Shown: positions 19,190 through 27,858 of the stretch, in pieces
Numbering within the stretch: the first letter of the stretch is position 1
Layout of the letters: each line of letters opens with the position of its first letter
Source of the DNA: Zymomonas mobilis subsp. mobilis ATCC 10988
GTDB taxonomy: Bacteria; Pseudomonadota; Alphaproteobacteria; Sphingomonadales; Sphingomonadaceae
Assembly: GCF_000175255.2 (NCBI RefSeq)
Contig: NC_017262.1
Span: 450,001-482,000, forward strand
DNA: 32,000 nucleotides
Direction of reading: 5' to 3'
Program-made: the position numbers and the translations under genes
The notes under the pieces: model-generated
The model's input: only the letters and a program-made list of their open reading frames with translations
Database searches by the model: none
Told to the model about the DNA's origin: nothing

Positions 19190-21910
19190 TTATTCCAAGC
19201 GGCATTTTTCTGTAATCATCGCGGTTACTTCATCAAGGGGCAAACGATGAATAGGAACCCCTTCAGGAAAAGCATTCAAAAGCCGAGAAGGCACTGCCGA
19301 AGACAATAACACGAATGCCCCCTTGTCATGCTGACTACGGATCAGACGACCAAATCCCTGTGCCAGTTTGGCACGAATAATCTGGTCATCATAAGCTCTC
19401 CCGCCCCAGGCTCTCCGCCTTGCAGCATGAGCAACCGTTGGACGTGGCCAAGGCAACCCTTCCATAATCACAAGTCGTAAAGATTGTCCGGGAACATCAA
19501 TACCATCTCTCAAAGCATCCGTCCCCAAAAGAGAGGCATGAGGGTCATCCCGAAAAATATCAACCAAAGTGCCGGTATCCATTGGATCGACATGCTGGGC
19601 ATAAAGTGGCAAACCTTGCCTTGCGAGATGGTCGACAATCATCGCATGGACGCGCCTCAATCGATGAATCGACGAAAATAGCCCTAATGCACCGCCTTTT
19701 GCAGCTTCCAGCAACCGCACATAGCCATTACTTAAAGACGCAAGGTTATTTTTCTGAATATCGGTCACGATAAATATTTCAGCTGCATCACGATAATGGA
19801 ACGGACTTTTCACCTCAAAATGTAACAGCGGAATATCCAAATGTTTGGCACCACTTCGCTGCTCGGCCATATCCCATAAAAGACTATCCTCGGCCTTCTC
19901 AGCTTCCAGATCAGAAGGTGATACCCGCCCCACACCCAAAGTCGCCGAAGTAATCAATAACCCATGCGCAGATTTGAACACATCTTCGGCAAGGGGATGG
20001 GTCGGGTCAATCCAATGACGATGGATCCCGATGTCATATTCTCGGCCATCAATTCGATCGATCGCCAGCCAGTCGATAAAATTCGCCTCTGCTACCCCCG
20101 TCAGCCGCTCAATCAAATTCAACCAGCTTGATAATATCATTTCGCGCCGCCCTAAAGCGTTCATCAAGCCTTCTATTTTTCCGCGCACAGCATTGTTGAG
20201 CCAATCAGGTGATTCTACCAATAATTGCTCAAGACGCTTCCCAATCAGAAGCAAGGGTTCACGAAGAGCGTGAAGCGCAGTCTGGCTTTCTTTCGCGGCA
20301 TCGGTTACGACTTGATCGACATCAATAATTTCGATTTCAAGGCTATAGCCCTGCTCGGATTTGTCCGCCCGCGATTTCACCATATGATGAATAGCCAGAA
20401 ACAGCCTTTCAATGCCATTTTGCGGCTTATCTTCGGATAAATTCTTTAACCAGCTATCAGAAGGCAGGAAACGAGCGGCCTCCTTCAATTCTTCGACAGC
20501 ATCCGCAATTTTTTCATCATATCCAGCTATTTCAGATAAACCTTTTCGCCGTCGGCGGCTGCCTGATCCCGTCAACCAGCGCCTTAATTCGCAAGATTCT
20601 CTGGCTGTAAAGGCGGCTGCAAAGGTTGAATCTGCCGATTCAAATACATGATGCCCTTCGTCAAAAATCAAGCGATTAAGATGGCTATCCTCGCTTTTAT
20701 CTCCCGTTGCCAACAACATCACCAAAGCATGATTGGCAATAACAATACGGGCATTTTTGGTGGCACGAATAGCGCGTTCAATAAAACAGCGCCGAAAATG
20801 GGGACAGGCTGAATAGATACATTCGCCGCGCCTATCTGTCAGGGACAAAGCCCCATTACGTCGAAACAGACTTATCAACCATCCGGGAAGATCGCCCCCA
20901 ACCATATCCCCATCACGACTATAGGCTGCCCATCGAGCAACTAACTGAACCAGAATATTGGTGCGATAACGGTAATTGCCCTGCAAGGCTTCTTCAAGAT
21001 TGAGCAGGCAGAGATAATTTTCGCGCCCTTTCCTGATAGCGACCTTCTCGCGATATTGCTGGAAATCAGGAAAAATCCGTTCAGCTTCCCGCCCTAACTG
21101 ACGTTGTAAAGCCTTGGTATAGGTCGAAATCCAAACCGTGCCTTCGGCTTTTTCTGCCCATTCCGCCGCTGGAGCCAAATAGCCCAATGTCTTCCCGATG
21201 CCGGTTCCAGCCTGCGCTAAAAGTAGATGCGGTTCATCCTCTTTTTCTCTGGGGCTAAATATCTGACTGACATGACGAGCATAACGGCGCTGTTCGGGTC
21301 TAGATTCCGCCTGTTCACCCAAAGTTTTTCCCAAACTTTCGTCTGCCTCTTCCGGTGATAAAACAACCGGACGGATAGGCGATCTTGGTGGCGCATCTTC
21401 CCATTCAGGCAAACGGGAAAACAACCATGCTTCTGGATGAAGCGGCTTTTCCAAATAAGCCTCAATAAAAGGGCTCCAATTCCATTGCCGCCGCGCCAAA
21501 GCGGCGGCACTATCCCAGGCACCACCCCGTTCCTGCCATTTCGGGTCGGAAAGCGTTTTCAAAAGATGATTGGTAATCTGATGGAGAATACGGGCAGCCG
21601 AAATATCATCTTCCGGCACATCCAAGCCTAAATACCGCGCCAATCCTGAGGCGGTTGGTACCGCAAAACGCGCCGGATGCACAAAAGCAAATAATTCCAG
21701 AAGATCAATTCCGCTCGTCTCTTCGATTTTTAGTCGGCTGGCAACCATAGGCGCATTCAGCAGAATAAGAGGCGTTTTCTGTAACAGATTGACAGCCGTC
21801 TGACGATCAAGCGACTGGATATTCCCATTGGGGAAAGCCATCCATATACCAGCATGGGTGACATGTAATGCCGGAGGTATTTGATCTTCTGAAAAAAGGC
21901 TATCTGTCAC
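19190..21910 (-). CDS. ATP-dependent DNA helicase, DinG/XPD-like
   Basis: 906 aa ORF; Walker A AQAGTGIGKT, DEGH box (LIFDEGHHVF), cysteine cluster CLLN..CIYSACPHFRRC typical of Fe-S helicases, motif VI GFGRLIRSQHDKG. Confidence 0.93.
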   Translation of the reverse strand: MTDSLFSEDQIPPALHVTHAGIWMAFPNGNIQSLDRQTAVNLLQKTPLILLNAPMVASRLKIEETSGIDLLELFAFVHPARFAVPTASGLARYLGLDVPEDDISAARILHQITNHLLKTLSDPKWQERGGAWDSAAALARRQWNWSPFIEAYLEKPLHPEAWLFSRLPEWEDAPPRSPIRPVVLSPEEADESLGKTLGEQAESRPEQRRYARHVSQIFSPREKEDEPHLLLAQAGTGIGKTLGYLAPAAEWAEKAEGTVWISTYTKALQRQLGREAERIFPDFQQYREKVAIRKGRENYLCLLNLEEALQGNYRYRTNILVQLVARWAAYSRDGDMVGGDLPGWLISLFRRNGALSLTDRRGECIYSACPHFRRCFIERAIRATKNARIVIANHALVMLLATGDKSEDSHLNRLIFDEGHHVFESADSTFAAAFTARESCELRRWLTGSGSRRRRKGLSEIAGYDEKIADAVEELKEAARFLPSDSWLKNLSEDKPQNGIERLFLAIHHMVKSRADKSEQGYSLEIEIIDVDQVVTDAAKESQTALHALREPLLLIGKRLEQLLVESPDWLNNAVRGKIEGLMNALGRREMILSSWLNLIERLTGVAEANFIDWLAIDRIDGREYDIGIHRHWIDPTHPLAEDVFKSAHGLLITSATLGVGRVSPSDLEAEKAEDSLLWDMAEQRSGAKHLDIPLLHFEVKSPFHYRDAAEIFIVTDIQKNNLASLSNGYVRLLEAAKGGALGLFSSIHRLRRVHAMIVDHLARQGLPLYAQHVDPMDTGTLVDIFRDDPHASLLGTDALRDGIDVPGQSLRLVIMEGLPWPRPTVAHAARRRAWGGRAYDDQIIRAKLAQGFGRLIRSQHDKGAFVLLSSAVPSRLLNAFPEGVPIHRLPLDEVTAMITEKCRLE

Positions 21911-22174
21911 GCATTATTCCTATCTTGAGAAGACGACTTTATTCCACCTTACAAAGAAGACACTGTCCCAAGGCTTGATTAACCTCTAAACGACCGATAT
22001 TGAAATCTGCCCGATCAGGCATAAACAGGATAAATTCCTGACCAAGATAGGTTTATCAACTGAAAAAGCCATTCCGATAGAGTAAGATAACGCAAATTAT
22101 GGCTCCGGTATGGATTTCTTCAGTTGGGATGACGGGGTAAAATACCTATCCCCGATAACCGGCATTCAGTCAAA

Positions 22175-22263
22175 AGGGATACTTTGATTTTTGATATCCC
22201 TGTATATAGGAATGCACCGGATAGTTTTTATTCAAGACCGGCCTTCTTGTCCGGTCTTCTTTT
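22175..22263 (+). promoter_or_regulatory. Candidate attenuator-like leader before lysS
   Basis: Hairpin AGGGATA/TATCCCT (22175-22201), then AAGACCGG-CCTTCTTGT-CCGGTCTT (22234-22258) followed by CTTTT just before the start codon. Confidence 0.45.
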
Positions 22264-23859
22264 ATGACACAACAGGATCATATGACACAGGAAAACGCGC
22301 TTCGCATTGCAGCCCAAAAATCCAAAGCATGGCCTTTTGAAGAGGCACGAAAATTGCTGAAACGCTATGCTAAGGCGGCTCCTGAAAAAGGGTATATCCT
22401 TTTTGAAACCGGTTACGGGCCTTCAGGTCTGCCTCATATCGGCACCTTTAACGAAGTTCTCAGAACCACGATGGTGCGGCGCGCCTATGAAATTCTGTCA
22501 GACACGCCGACTCGTTTGATCGCTTTCTCGGATGATATGGATGGTTTGCGGAAAATTCCCGACAATGTGCCCAATCATGAAATGCTGGCTAAACATCTGG
22601 GCAAGCCTTTATCCCGTATTCCCGATCCTTTTGGCAAATATGAAAGTTTCGCGCATCATAACAATGCGATGCTGCGAGAATTCCTTGATCGTTTCGGCTT
22701 TGAATATGATTTTTATTCAGCCAGCGAACAATATAATTCTGGCCGTTTCAATGAAACGCTGAAAGATATTCTTCGTAACTATCAAAAAATTATGAATATC
22801 ATGCTGCCAACGCTTCGCGAAGAAAGACGGGCAACCTATTCCCCGATCCTTCCGATCAGCGAAAAAAGCGGCATTGTTTTGCAGGTTCCGGTCGAAGTCG
22901 TTGATGCCGAAGCCGGTATTATCTGCTTCGAGGATGAAGGTGAAACAGTTGAACAGTCTATTCTTGACGGTAAAGCCAAATTGCAATGGAAAGTCGATTG
23001 GGCAATGCGTTGGAAGGCGCTTGGCGTTGATTATGAAATGGCCGGAAAAGATTTGATTGATTCCGTTACCCAGTCATCCAAAATTACCCGTGTTCTCGGT
23101 GGTCGCCCACCAGAAGGTTTCAATTATGAAATGTTTCTGGATGAAAATGGCGAAAAGATTTCCAAATCCAAGGGAAATGGCATTGGATTGGAGGAATGGT
23201 TCCGCTACGGCCCAGAAGAAAGCCTTGCTTTCTTTGCCTATCGTGAACCGAAAAAAGCAAAATCTTTACATCTCGGTGTTATCCCGCGTGCCATTGATGA
23301 ATATTGGCAGTTCAGAAAAAATTGGCATGATCAGGATGCTGATAAAAAGCTGGGTAATCCGGTTCACCATATTCACAATGGTGCTGTCCCGACAACAGAA
23401 ATGCCAGTGCCTTTCAGCCTGCTTCTGAATTTGGTGGGTGTTTTGGGTGATGGCGCAGACAAGGCTATGGTCTGGGGCTATCTCAATCAATTACTACCAG
23501 AAGCTACTGTCGAACAATATCCCGATCTCGATCGCCTGATCGGTTTTGCCTTGGCCTATCACAAAGATCATATTGCCCCGACCCTGAAACGTCGCGCTCC
23601 GACAGAACAGGAAAAAGAGGCTTTGAAAGATTTGGATAACCGCCTTTCAAAATTGGCAGCAGACAGTTCTGCCGAGGCTTTACAAACCGAAGTCTATGAA
23701 GTCGGAAAAAGCTATTACGAGAATCAGTTAAGAGATTGGTTCGGTGTTCTCTATGAAACGCTGCTTGGTTCCAGCCAAGGTCCTCGCATGGGTAGCTTTA
23801 TCAAGCTCTATGGCTTGGATAATACTAGAAAACTGATTGCTGAAGCTTTGGCAAAATAA
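22264..23859 (+). CDS. lysS: Lysyl-tRNA synthetase, class I (archaeal-type); start may be 22282
   Basis: 531 aa ORF: GYGPSGLPHIGTFNEVLRTTMVRRAY (HIGH-like), KISKSKGNGIGLEEWFRYGPEESLAFFAYREPKKAKSLH; AGGA precedes the ATG at 22282. Confidence 0.95.
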   Translation: MTQQDHMTQENALRIAAQKSKAWPFEEARKLLKRYAKAAPEKGYILFETGYGPSGLPHIGTFNEVLRTTMVRRAYEILSDTPTRLIAFSDDMDGLRKIPDNVPNHEMLAKHLGKPLSRIPDPFGKYESFAHHNNAMLREFLDRFGFEYDFYSASEQYNSGRFNETLKDILRNYQKIMNIMLPTLREERRATYSPILPISEKSGIVLQVPVEVVDAEAGIICFEDEGETVEQSILDGKAKLQWKVDWAMRWKALGVDYEMAGKDLIDSVTQSSKITRVLGGRPPEGFNYEMFLDENGEKISKSKGNGIGLEEWFRYGPEESLAFFAYREPKKAKSLHLGVIPRAIDEYWQFRKNWHDQDADKKLGNPVHHIHNGAVPTTEMPVPFSLLLNLVGVLGDGADKAMVWGYLNQLLPEATVEQYPDLDRLIGFALAYHKDHIAPTLKRRAPTEQEKEALKDLDNRLSKLAADSSAEALQTEVYEVGKSYYENQLRDWFGVLYETLLGSSQGPRMGSFIKLYGLDNTRKLIAEALAK

Positions 23860-23874
23860 TTAAGACTTATTCTT

Positions 23875-23909
23875 TTCGGAGAGAAAACGGATTCAGTTTT
23901 CTCTCCGAA
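23875..23909 (+). terminator. Strong stem-loop after lysS, no U-tract
   Basis: Perfect 14-bp stem TTCGGAGAGAAAAC/GTTTTCTCTCCGAA with 7-nt loop GGATTCA, followed by GACCATTTCC. Confidence 0.55.
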
Positions 23910-24119
23910 GACCATTTCCTATTAGTAAGATTTTTTAAAAATAACCTTAAAACAAATATTTAATATAATTTAAAAATTTCAAATAATAAAAATTAAGTTA
24001 TTTTAAATTGATTTAAAAAGTTAAAAATGTATAATTTAAATTATGTCAACCTTTCACAAACCTCTCTCAAAGCGCTTTTCTGCTCTTTATTTTAAGAAAA
24101 AATAATAAATTGAATTAAA

Positions 24120-24168
24120 TTTGACTTGCGTTGTCAAAGTTGACTTCAAAAAAGTTTAATATTACATT
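24120..24168 (+). promoter_or_regulatory. Candidate promoter/operator for the aldose 1-epimerase gene
   Basis: TTTGAC-N7-GTCAAA inverted repeat adjoining TTGACT-N17-TACATT, within a very AT-rich upstream region. Confidence 0.35.
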
Positions 24169-24362
24169 AGTAAAAATAACAATATTATTTTTAATTTAAA
24201 TTTAATCTAAAATAATAATTATTAAATAAACGGCATTATTATTGATTTTAAGACAAAATATCATATCTTTCTTCGATTATCTTATTTAATTCGTCTAAAT
24301 ATTCAACAAATAAATAAGAGATTTACTGATTCAGTTTTTACAAATTGAAGAAAGATTGTCAC

Positions 24363-25541
24363 ATGCGCTATCTATCAAAACAAATAATGTATTTATGCCT
24401 CGGTTTATCTGTGCCAGCGGCGGTTATCACACCGACGGCTGCCTATAGCGCTGCGTCTTCGGTCAGTTTAAGTAGTGCGCCCTTTGGCACCACTCCTGAA
24501 GGCCAACCTGTTCAGATTTACACCTTAAAAAACGCTAATGGCGTAACCGTTCGTTTTATTTCTTATGGCGGTATCATCCAATCCATCGAAACGCCTGATC
24601 GCGATGGTAAAGCCGGTGATATTGTTCTCGGATTTTCCGATCTCAAAGGCTATACCGTAGATGCAGCGAAAGGCGGCCTCTTTTTTGGTGCATTGATTGG
24701 TCGATATGCCAACCGGATTGCGAATGGTACTTACAGCCTCGGCGGCAAAACCTATCATGTCCCCGTAACCGCTGCGCCGAATGCCTTACATGGGGGGACA
24801 AGGGGTTTTGATAAATATGTTTGGACAGTCCGTCCCCTGCCCGCCACCGAACATGAGGCGGGTGCAGAATTAACTTTGGTCAGCCCCGATAATGACCAAG
24901 GTTTCCCGGGGAATTTAACGGTTCATGTCACCTATACATTGAATGACAAAAATGAATTGCGGCTGCGTTATCAGGCTAAAACGGACAAGCCGACGGTTCT
25001 CAATCTAACCAATCACAGCTATTTTAACTTAAGCGGCGAAGGCTCCGGTTCGATTGAAAACCAGATTTTAAAAATTAACGCCGATAACTATACGCCGACG
25101 GATACGACCTCTATTCCTACTGGCGAGATAGCCCCTGTAGCAGGCACTGTCCTTGATTTCCGTAATCCAATGCGAATTGGCGATCATTTGCGCGACAACA
25201 ATGAACAGCTCCGCTATGCACGGGGATATGATCAGAATTGGGTTATTAACGGAGAATATGGGAAACAACCTCGCCTCGCAGCCCAAATTTTCGATCCTAA
25301 AACGGGACGAACAATGGATGTGCTGACATCTCAACCGGGGATGCAGGTTTATACCTCCAATTCTTTGGACGGTACTTATTACGGCAAAAGCAACAAACAA
25401 TATCGCCAAACCGACGCTATTGCTTTTGAAGCTGAACATTTTCCGGACTCGCCCAATCACTCCAATTTCCCGACAACCGAACTCAAACCGGGACAGGTAT
25501 TTGATTATACGACGATTTTCCGCTTTGGAACGCGTCGTTAG
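24363..25541 (+). CDS. galM: Secreted aldose 1-epimerase (mutarotase); ORF track extends to 24345 with TTG
   Basis: Signal peptide MRYLSKQIMYLCLGLSVPAAVITPTAAYSA; GalM motifs VTVRFISYGGIIQSIETPDRDG, RYANRIANGTYSLGG, NALHGGTRGFDKYVW, LTNHSYFNLSG. Confidence 0.95.
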   Translation: MRYLSKQIMYLCLGLSVPAAVITPTAAYSAASSVSLSSAPFGTTPEGQPVQIYTLKNANGVTVRFISYGGIIQSIETPDRDGKAGDIVLGFSDLKGYTVDAAKGGLFFGALIGRYANRIANGTYSLGGKTYHVPVTAAPNALHGGTRGFDKYVWTVRPLPATEHEAGAELTLVSPDNDQGFPGNLTVHVTYTLNDKNELRLRYQAKTDKPTVLNLTNHSYFNLSGEGSGSIENQILKINADNYTPTDTTSIPTGEIAPVAGTVLDFRNPMRIGDHLRDNNEQLRYARGYDQNWVINGEYGKQPRLAAQIFDPKTGRTMDVLTSQPGMQVYTSNSLDGTYYGKSNKQYRQTDAIAFEAEHFPDSPNHSNFPTTELKPGQVFDYTTIFRFGTRR

Positions 25542-25566
25542 AATATCTCTTTAATATAGGCATATG

Positions 25567-25599
25567 GGTAGTGACTAATAACCTCTATTAGTTGCTACC
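25567..25599. repeat. Imperfect palindrome/stem-loop between galM and the recombinase
   Basis: GGTAGTGACTAATA-ACCTC-TATTAGTTGCTACC: 14 positions pair as RNA, including two G-U. Confidence 0.6.
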
Positions 25600-25634
25600 T
25601 AATGTCTCATATATTTCTCATTATTACATATTGC

Positions 25635-25675
25635 GGTATACAGAATTAAAAAGATTTAAAGATTATCCGTATACC
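25635..25675. repeat. Inverted repeat GGTATAC/GTATACC upstream of the serine recombinase
   Basis: GGTATAC at 25635-25641 and GTATACC at 25669-25675 with a 27-bp AT-rich spacer, about 90 bp before the ORF. Confidence 0.55.
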
Positions 25676-25765
25676 CTATTGTAATATAACCTTTATTATA
25701 TTTAATCTTAAAACGCATCTTATAATCACTATATCAAAATTAAAATTCGGAAATAAAAGAGAATT

Positions 25766-26320
25766 ATGAAAATTGGATATGCAAGGGTTTCAACCCATGA
25801 AGAGAATCTGGATGACCAGATCAAGGCTTTAAAGGAAGCTGGCTGCGAAGAAGTATTTACTGATAAAGTAAGCAGCATCAAAGCTGAGAGGCCGGGGCTT
25901 GAGGAAGCCTTAAATTTCATGCGCGAAGGCGATAAATTTATCGTCTGGCGGCTTGATCGTCTGGCAAGGTCACTCAAAGAATTGATTACCTTAGTCGATA
26001 ATTTAAAAAAACGTTTGGTTCTTTTTGAAAGCCTCTCGGAAAAGATTGATACAGCCTCTTCTGATGGCGGTTTGATTTTCCATATTTTCGGGGCGATGGC
26101 GGAATTTGAACGCAATCTTATCCGCGAACGCACTCAAGCCGGTTTGAAGGCAGCAAGGGCAAGAGGTCGCTTGGGTGGACGTCCCCATATGCCGGAGGAT
26201 AAAATTAACACCGCTATTACGCTTTATCACAGCAACCCCGATATGCCGATTGCTGATATTTGTCGGGCTTCTGGTGTCAGCCGAGCAACGCTTTATCGCT
26301 ATTTGAAAGCCAAAAAATAA
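25766..26320 (+). CDS. Serine recombinase (resolvase/DNA invertase family)
   Basis: 184 aa ORF: MKIGYARVSTHEENLDDQIKALKEAGC, VWRLDRLARSLKELITLV, GAMAEFERNLIRERTQAGLKAARARGRLGGRP, C-terminal HTH ICRASGVSRATLYRYLK. Confidence 0.93.
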   Translation: MKIGYARVSTHEENLDDQIKALKEAGCEEVFTDKVSSIKAERPGLEEALNFMREGDKFIVWRLDRLARSLKELITLVDNLKKRLVLFESLSEKIDTASSDGGLIFHIFGAMAEFERNLIRERTQAGLKAARARGRLGGRPHMPEDKINTAITLYHSNPDMPIADICRASGVSRATLYRYLKAKK

Positions 26321-26549
26321 AATAATCGGTTTAATATTTTTCAGAATGAGGAGGTGATGTTTCCCCGATCCGGACAGGATCAAGATTTTATTTGGTGAAC
26401 AAAAATCACCCTATTTTTATCAAAGATGCTTTTTAGAAAGCTAAACCAAAGCCGTTTCTTTATATGCCCTGAATATACGCTATTGGATGTTCAACAAATG
26501 GATATCCTGATAAAGAATTTCTGAATTCGAGTATAAAAAGGCATATCCG

Positions 26550-27083
26550 ATGCGTAAAATCCTTATGTTGGCAGCGGTTTTTATCTTATCTGCCAATAAC
26601 GACACGCCCGATTATAAAGAAACGCCCACATCAACAGAAGCCGTTCCGCCCACTAATGACCCATGGGCAAACTGCGAATTTGAAATTAAAACAGCCAGTT
26701 TCGGAACAAAAATCCCATTCACAACGGTTCCTGTCGCCCATACCAAAGAACAGATCAACCAAGGTGTTGCCAATTTGTATAACGGTACACCGATCATGCT
26801 TTTCCTATGGGATCAACCGCGTCGCTATGCCTTTACGATGCGGTCGGTATTACGGCCTATGTCAGTAGCTTTTATCAATGATAAGGGTGAAATCACTCAA
26901 ATAGAAAATATGAAGCCGAATACGACAGAGCTTCATGTCTCTGACAAGCCGGTTCGCGTTGCCTTAGAAGTCGGGAAAGGCCTTTTAAGCAGCCACAATA
27001 TTACAACTGGTTCACGGATAACGATCAAGCAATGTTCTTCGACACTGCCCTTCCCCGAAAAATTCTTTCAAGAAAAAAAATAG
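26550..27083 (+). CDS. Hypothetical exported protein
   Basis: 177 aa ORF with N-terminal hydrophobic signal-like segment MRKILMLAAVFILSA. Confidence 0.65.
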   Translation: MRKILMLAAVFILSANNDTPDYKETPTSTEAVPPTNDPWANCEFEIKTASFGTKIPFTTVPVAHTKEQINQGVANLYNGTPIMLFLWDQPRRYAFTMRSVLRPMSVAFINDKGEITQIENMKPNTTELHVSDKPVRVALEVGKGLLSSHNITTGSRITIKQCSSTLPFPEKFFQEKK

Positions 27084-27094
27084 AGAAACAGGAA

Positions 27095-27141
27095 GCGATA
27101 TATTTTTGCATCTTCAAAAGCAGAAATATATCGCCAGCCTT
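27095..27141 (+). terminator. Terminator stem between convergent genes
   Basis: 15-bp stem GCGATATATTTTTGC/GCAGAAATATATCGC (one G-U), 10-nt loop, T-tract CAGCCTTTTT downstream on the + strand. Confidence 0.6.
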
Positions 27142-27145
27142 TTTA

Positions 27146-27529
27146 TCAATGAAGGCAGCTATGCCGTCTAACGCGATGATTCATCAAATGGGCGCAGGCT
27201 ACCAAAGAAACCCCAATCACCGTGCAAACATCCTCTGCCACACTATGACCTACAAATAATCCAACAGACATAAAGGCAATACCAATAAAGCCTATAATAA
27301 CAGGACGCCATTTATGGTGAGATAAAAATCCGCCACCCAATCCCAATAAAGCAAAAAGAACAGCTAACCCCAAACCGATTTCATGAATACGCGGGTCGTT
27401 AAGACGATCGGATACTTCGGACAAAAAGAGCAAAAGAAATAATCCGCCGAAACAATGGATAGCGCATAATCCTGAAAGCACAACAGCGATGCGATCTAGC
27501 CAATGAGACTGAAAAATTCGCTTTATCAT
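27146..27529 (-). CDS. MerC-domain family membrane protein
   Basis: 127 aa ORF; LDRIAVVLSGLCAIHCFGGLFLLLF plus further TM segments and C-terminal HLMNHRVRRHSCLH, MerC-like. Confidence 0.85.
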   Translation of the reverse strand: MIKRIFQSHWLDRIAVVLSGLCAIHCFGGLFLLLFLSEVSDRLNDPRIHEIGLGLAVLFALLGLGGGFLSHHKWRPVIIGFIGIAFMSVGLFVGHSVAEDVCTVIGVSLVACAHLMNHRVRRHSCLH

Positions 27530-27616
27530 CTCTTTATCCTAAAATTGAATAAGGCATCCTTTTACTATGGCAGTTGATAAGATGCGCTGGTCTTCCGGTT
27601 ATATGGGAGGTGTCAG

Positions 27617-27639
27617 TATATGTTACAACGTAACGGCGG
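27617..27639. promoter_or_regulatory. Zur-box-like palindrome upstream of the MerC-family gene
   Basis: GTTAC-AAC-GTAAC core at 27622-27634, resembling the GTTATANTATAAC core of Zur sites. Confidence 0.4.
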
Positions 27640-27746
27640 TCATTTTACCCTCTTAAGGATGATCGAAAACCGATCATTTTTTGGGATATAAAAGAACAAA
27701 AAATCATCGCGGTATTATAATACCACTCTAAAAACCCTTATTTTTC

Positions 27747-27774
27747 TTGACTATTCCGGCCTAGACTGTATTCA
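27747..27774 (+). promoter_or_regulatory. Candidate sigma70-type promoter for rplM-rpsI
   Basis: TTGACT-N16-TATTCA upstream of rplM. Confidence 0.3.
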
Positions 27775-27858
27775 CCTGCCTTCAATAGACGGCATTTCTG
27801 TTTTAGGCAGGAATTTCCGTGATTTTACGAATTTTAGCCATATGAGGAACAAGAGCCC

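Noticed and set aside
25068-25460. 130-aa minus-strand ORF inside galM
   Set aside because: Antisense shadow of a well-supported aldose epimerase gene.
25541-26550. Invertible promoter/switch controlled by the serine recombinase
   Set aside because: I found inverted repeats upstream of the recombinase but no longer pair flanking a promoter or gene segment as expected for a Hin/Pin-type invertible cassette.
27775-27811. CCTGCC/GGCAGG pairing as an L13 autoregulatory leader
   Set aside because: The left arm lies next to or upstream of the likely transcription start implied by TTGACT-N16-TATTCA, so the stem may not be transcribed; too weak to call.
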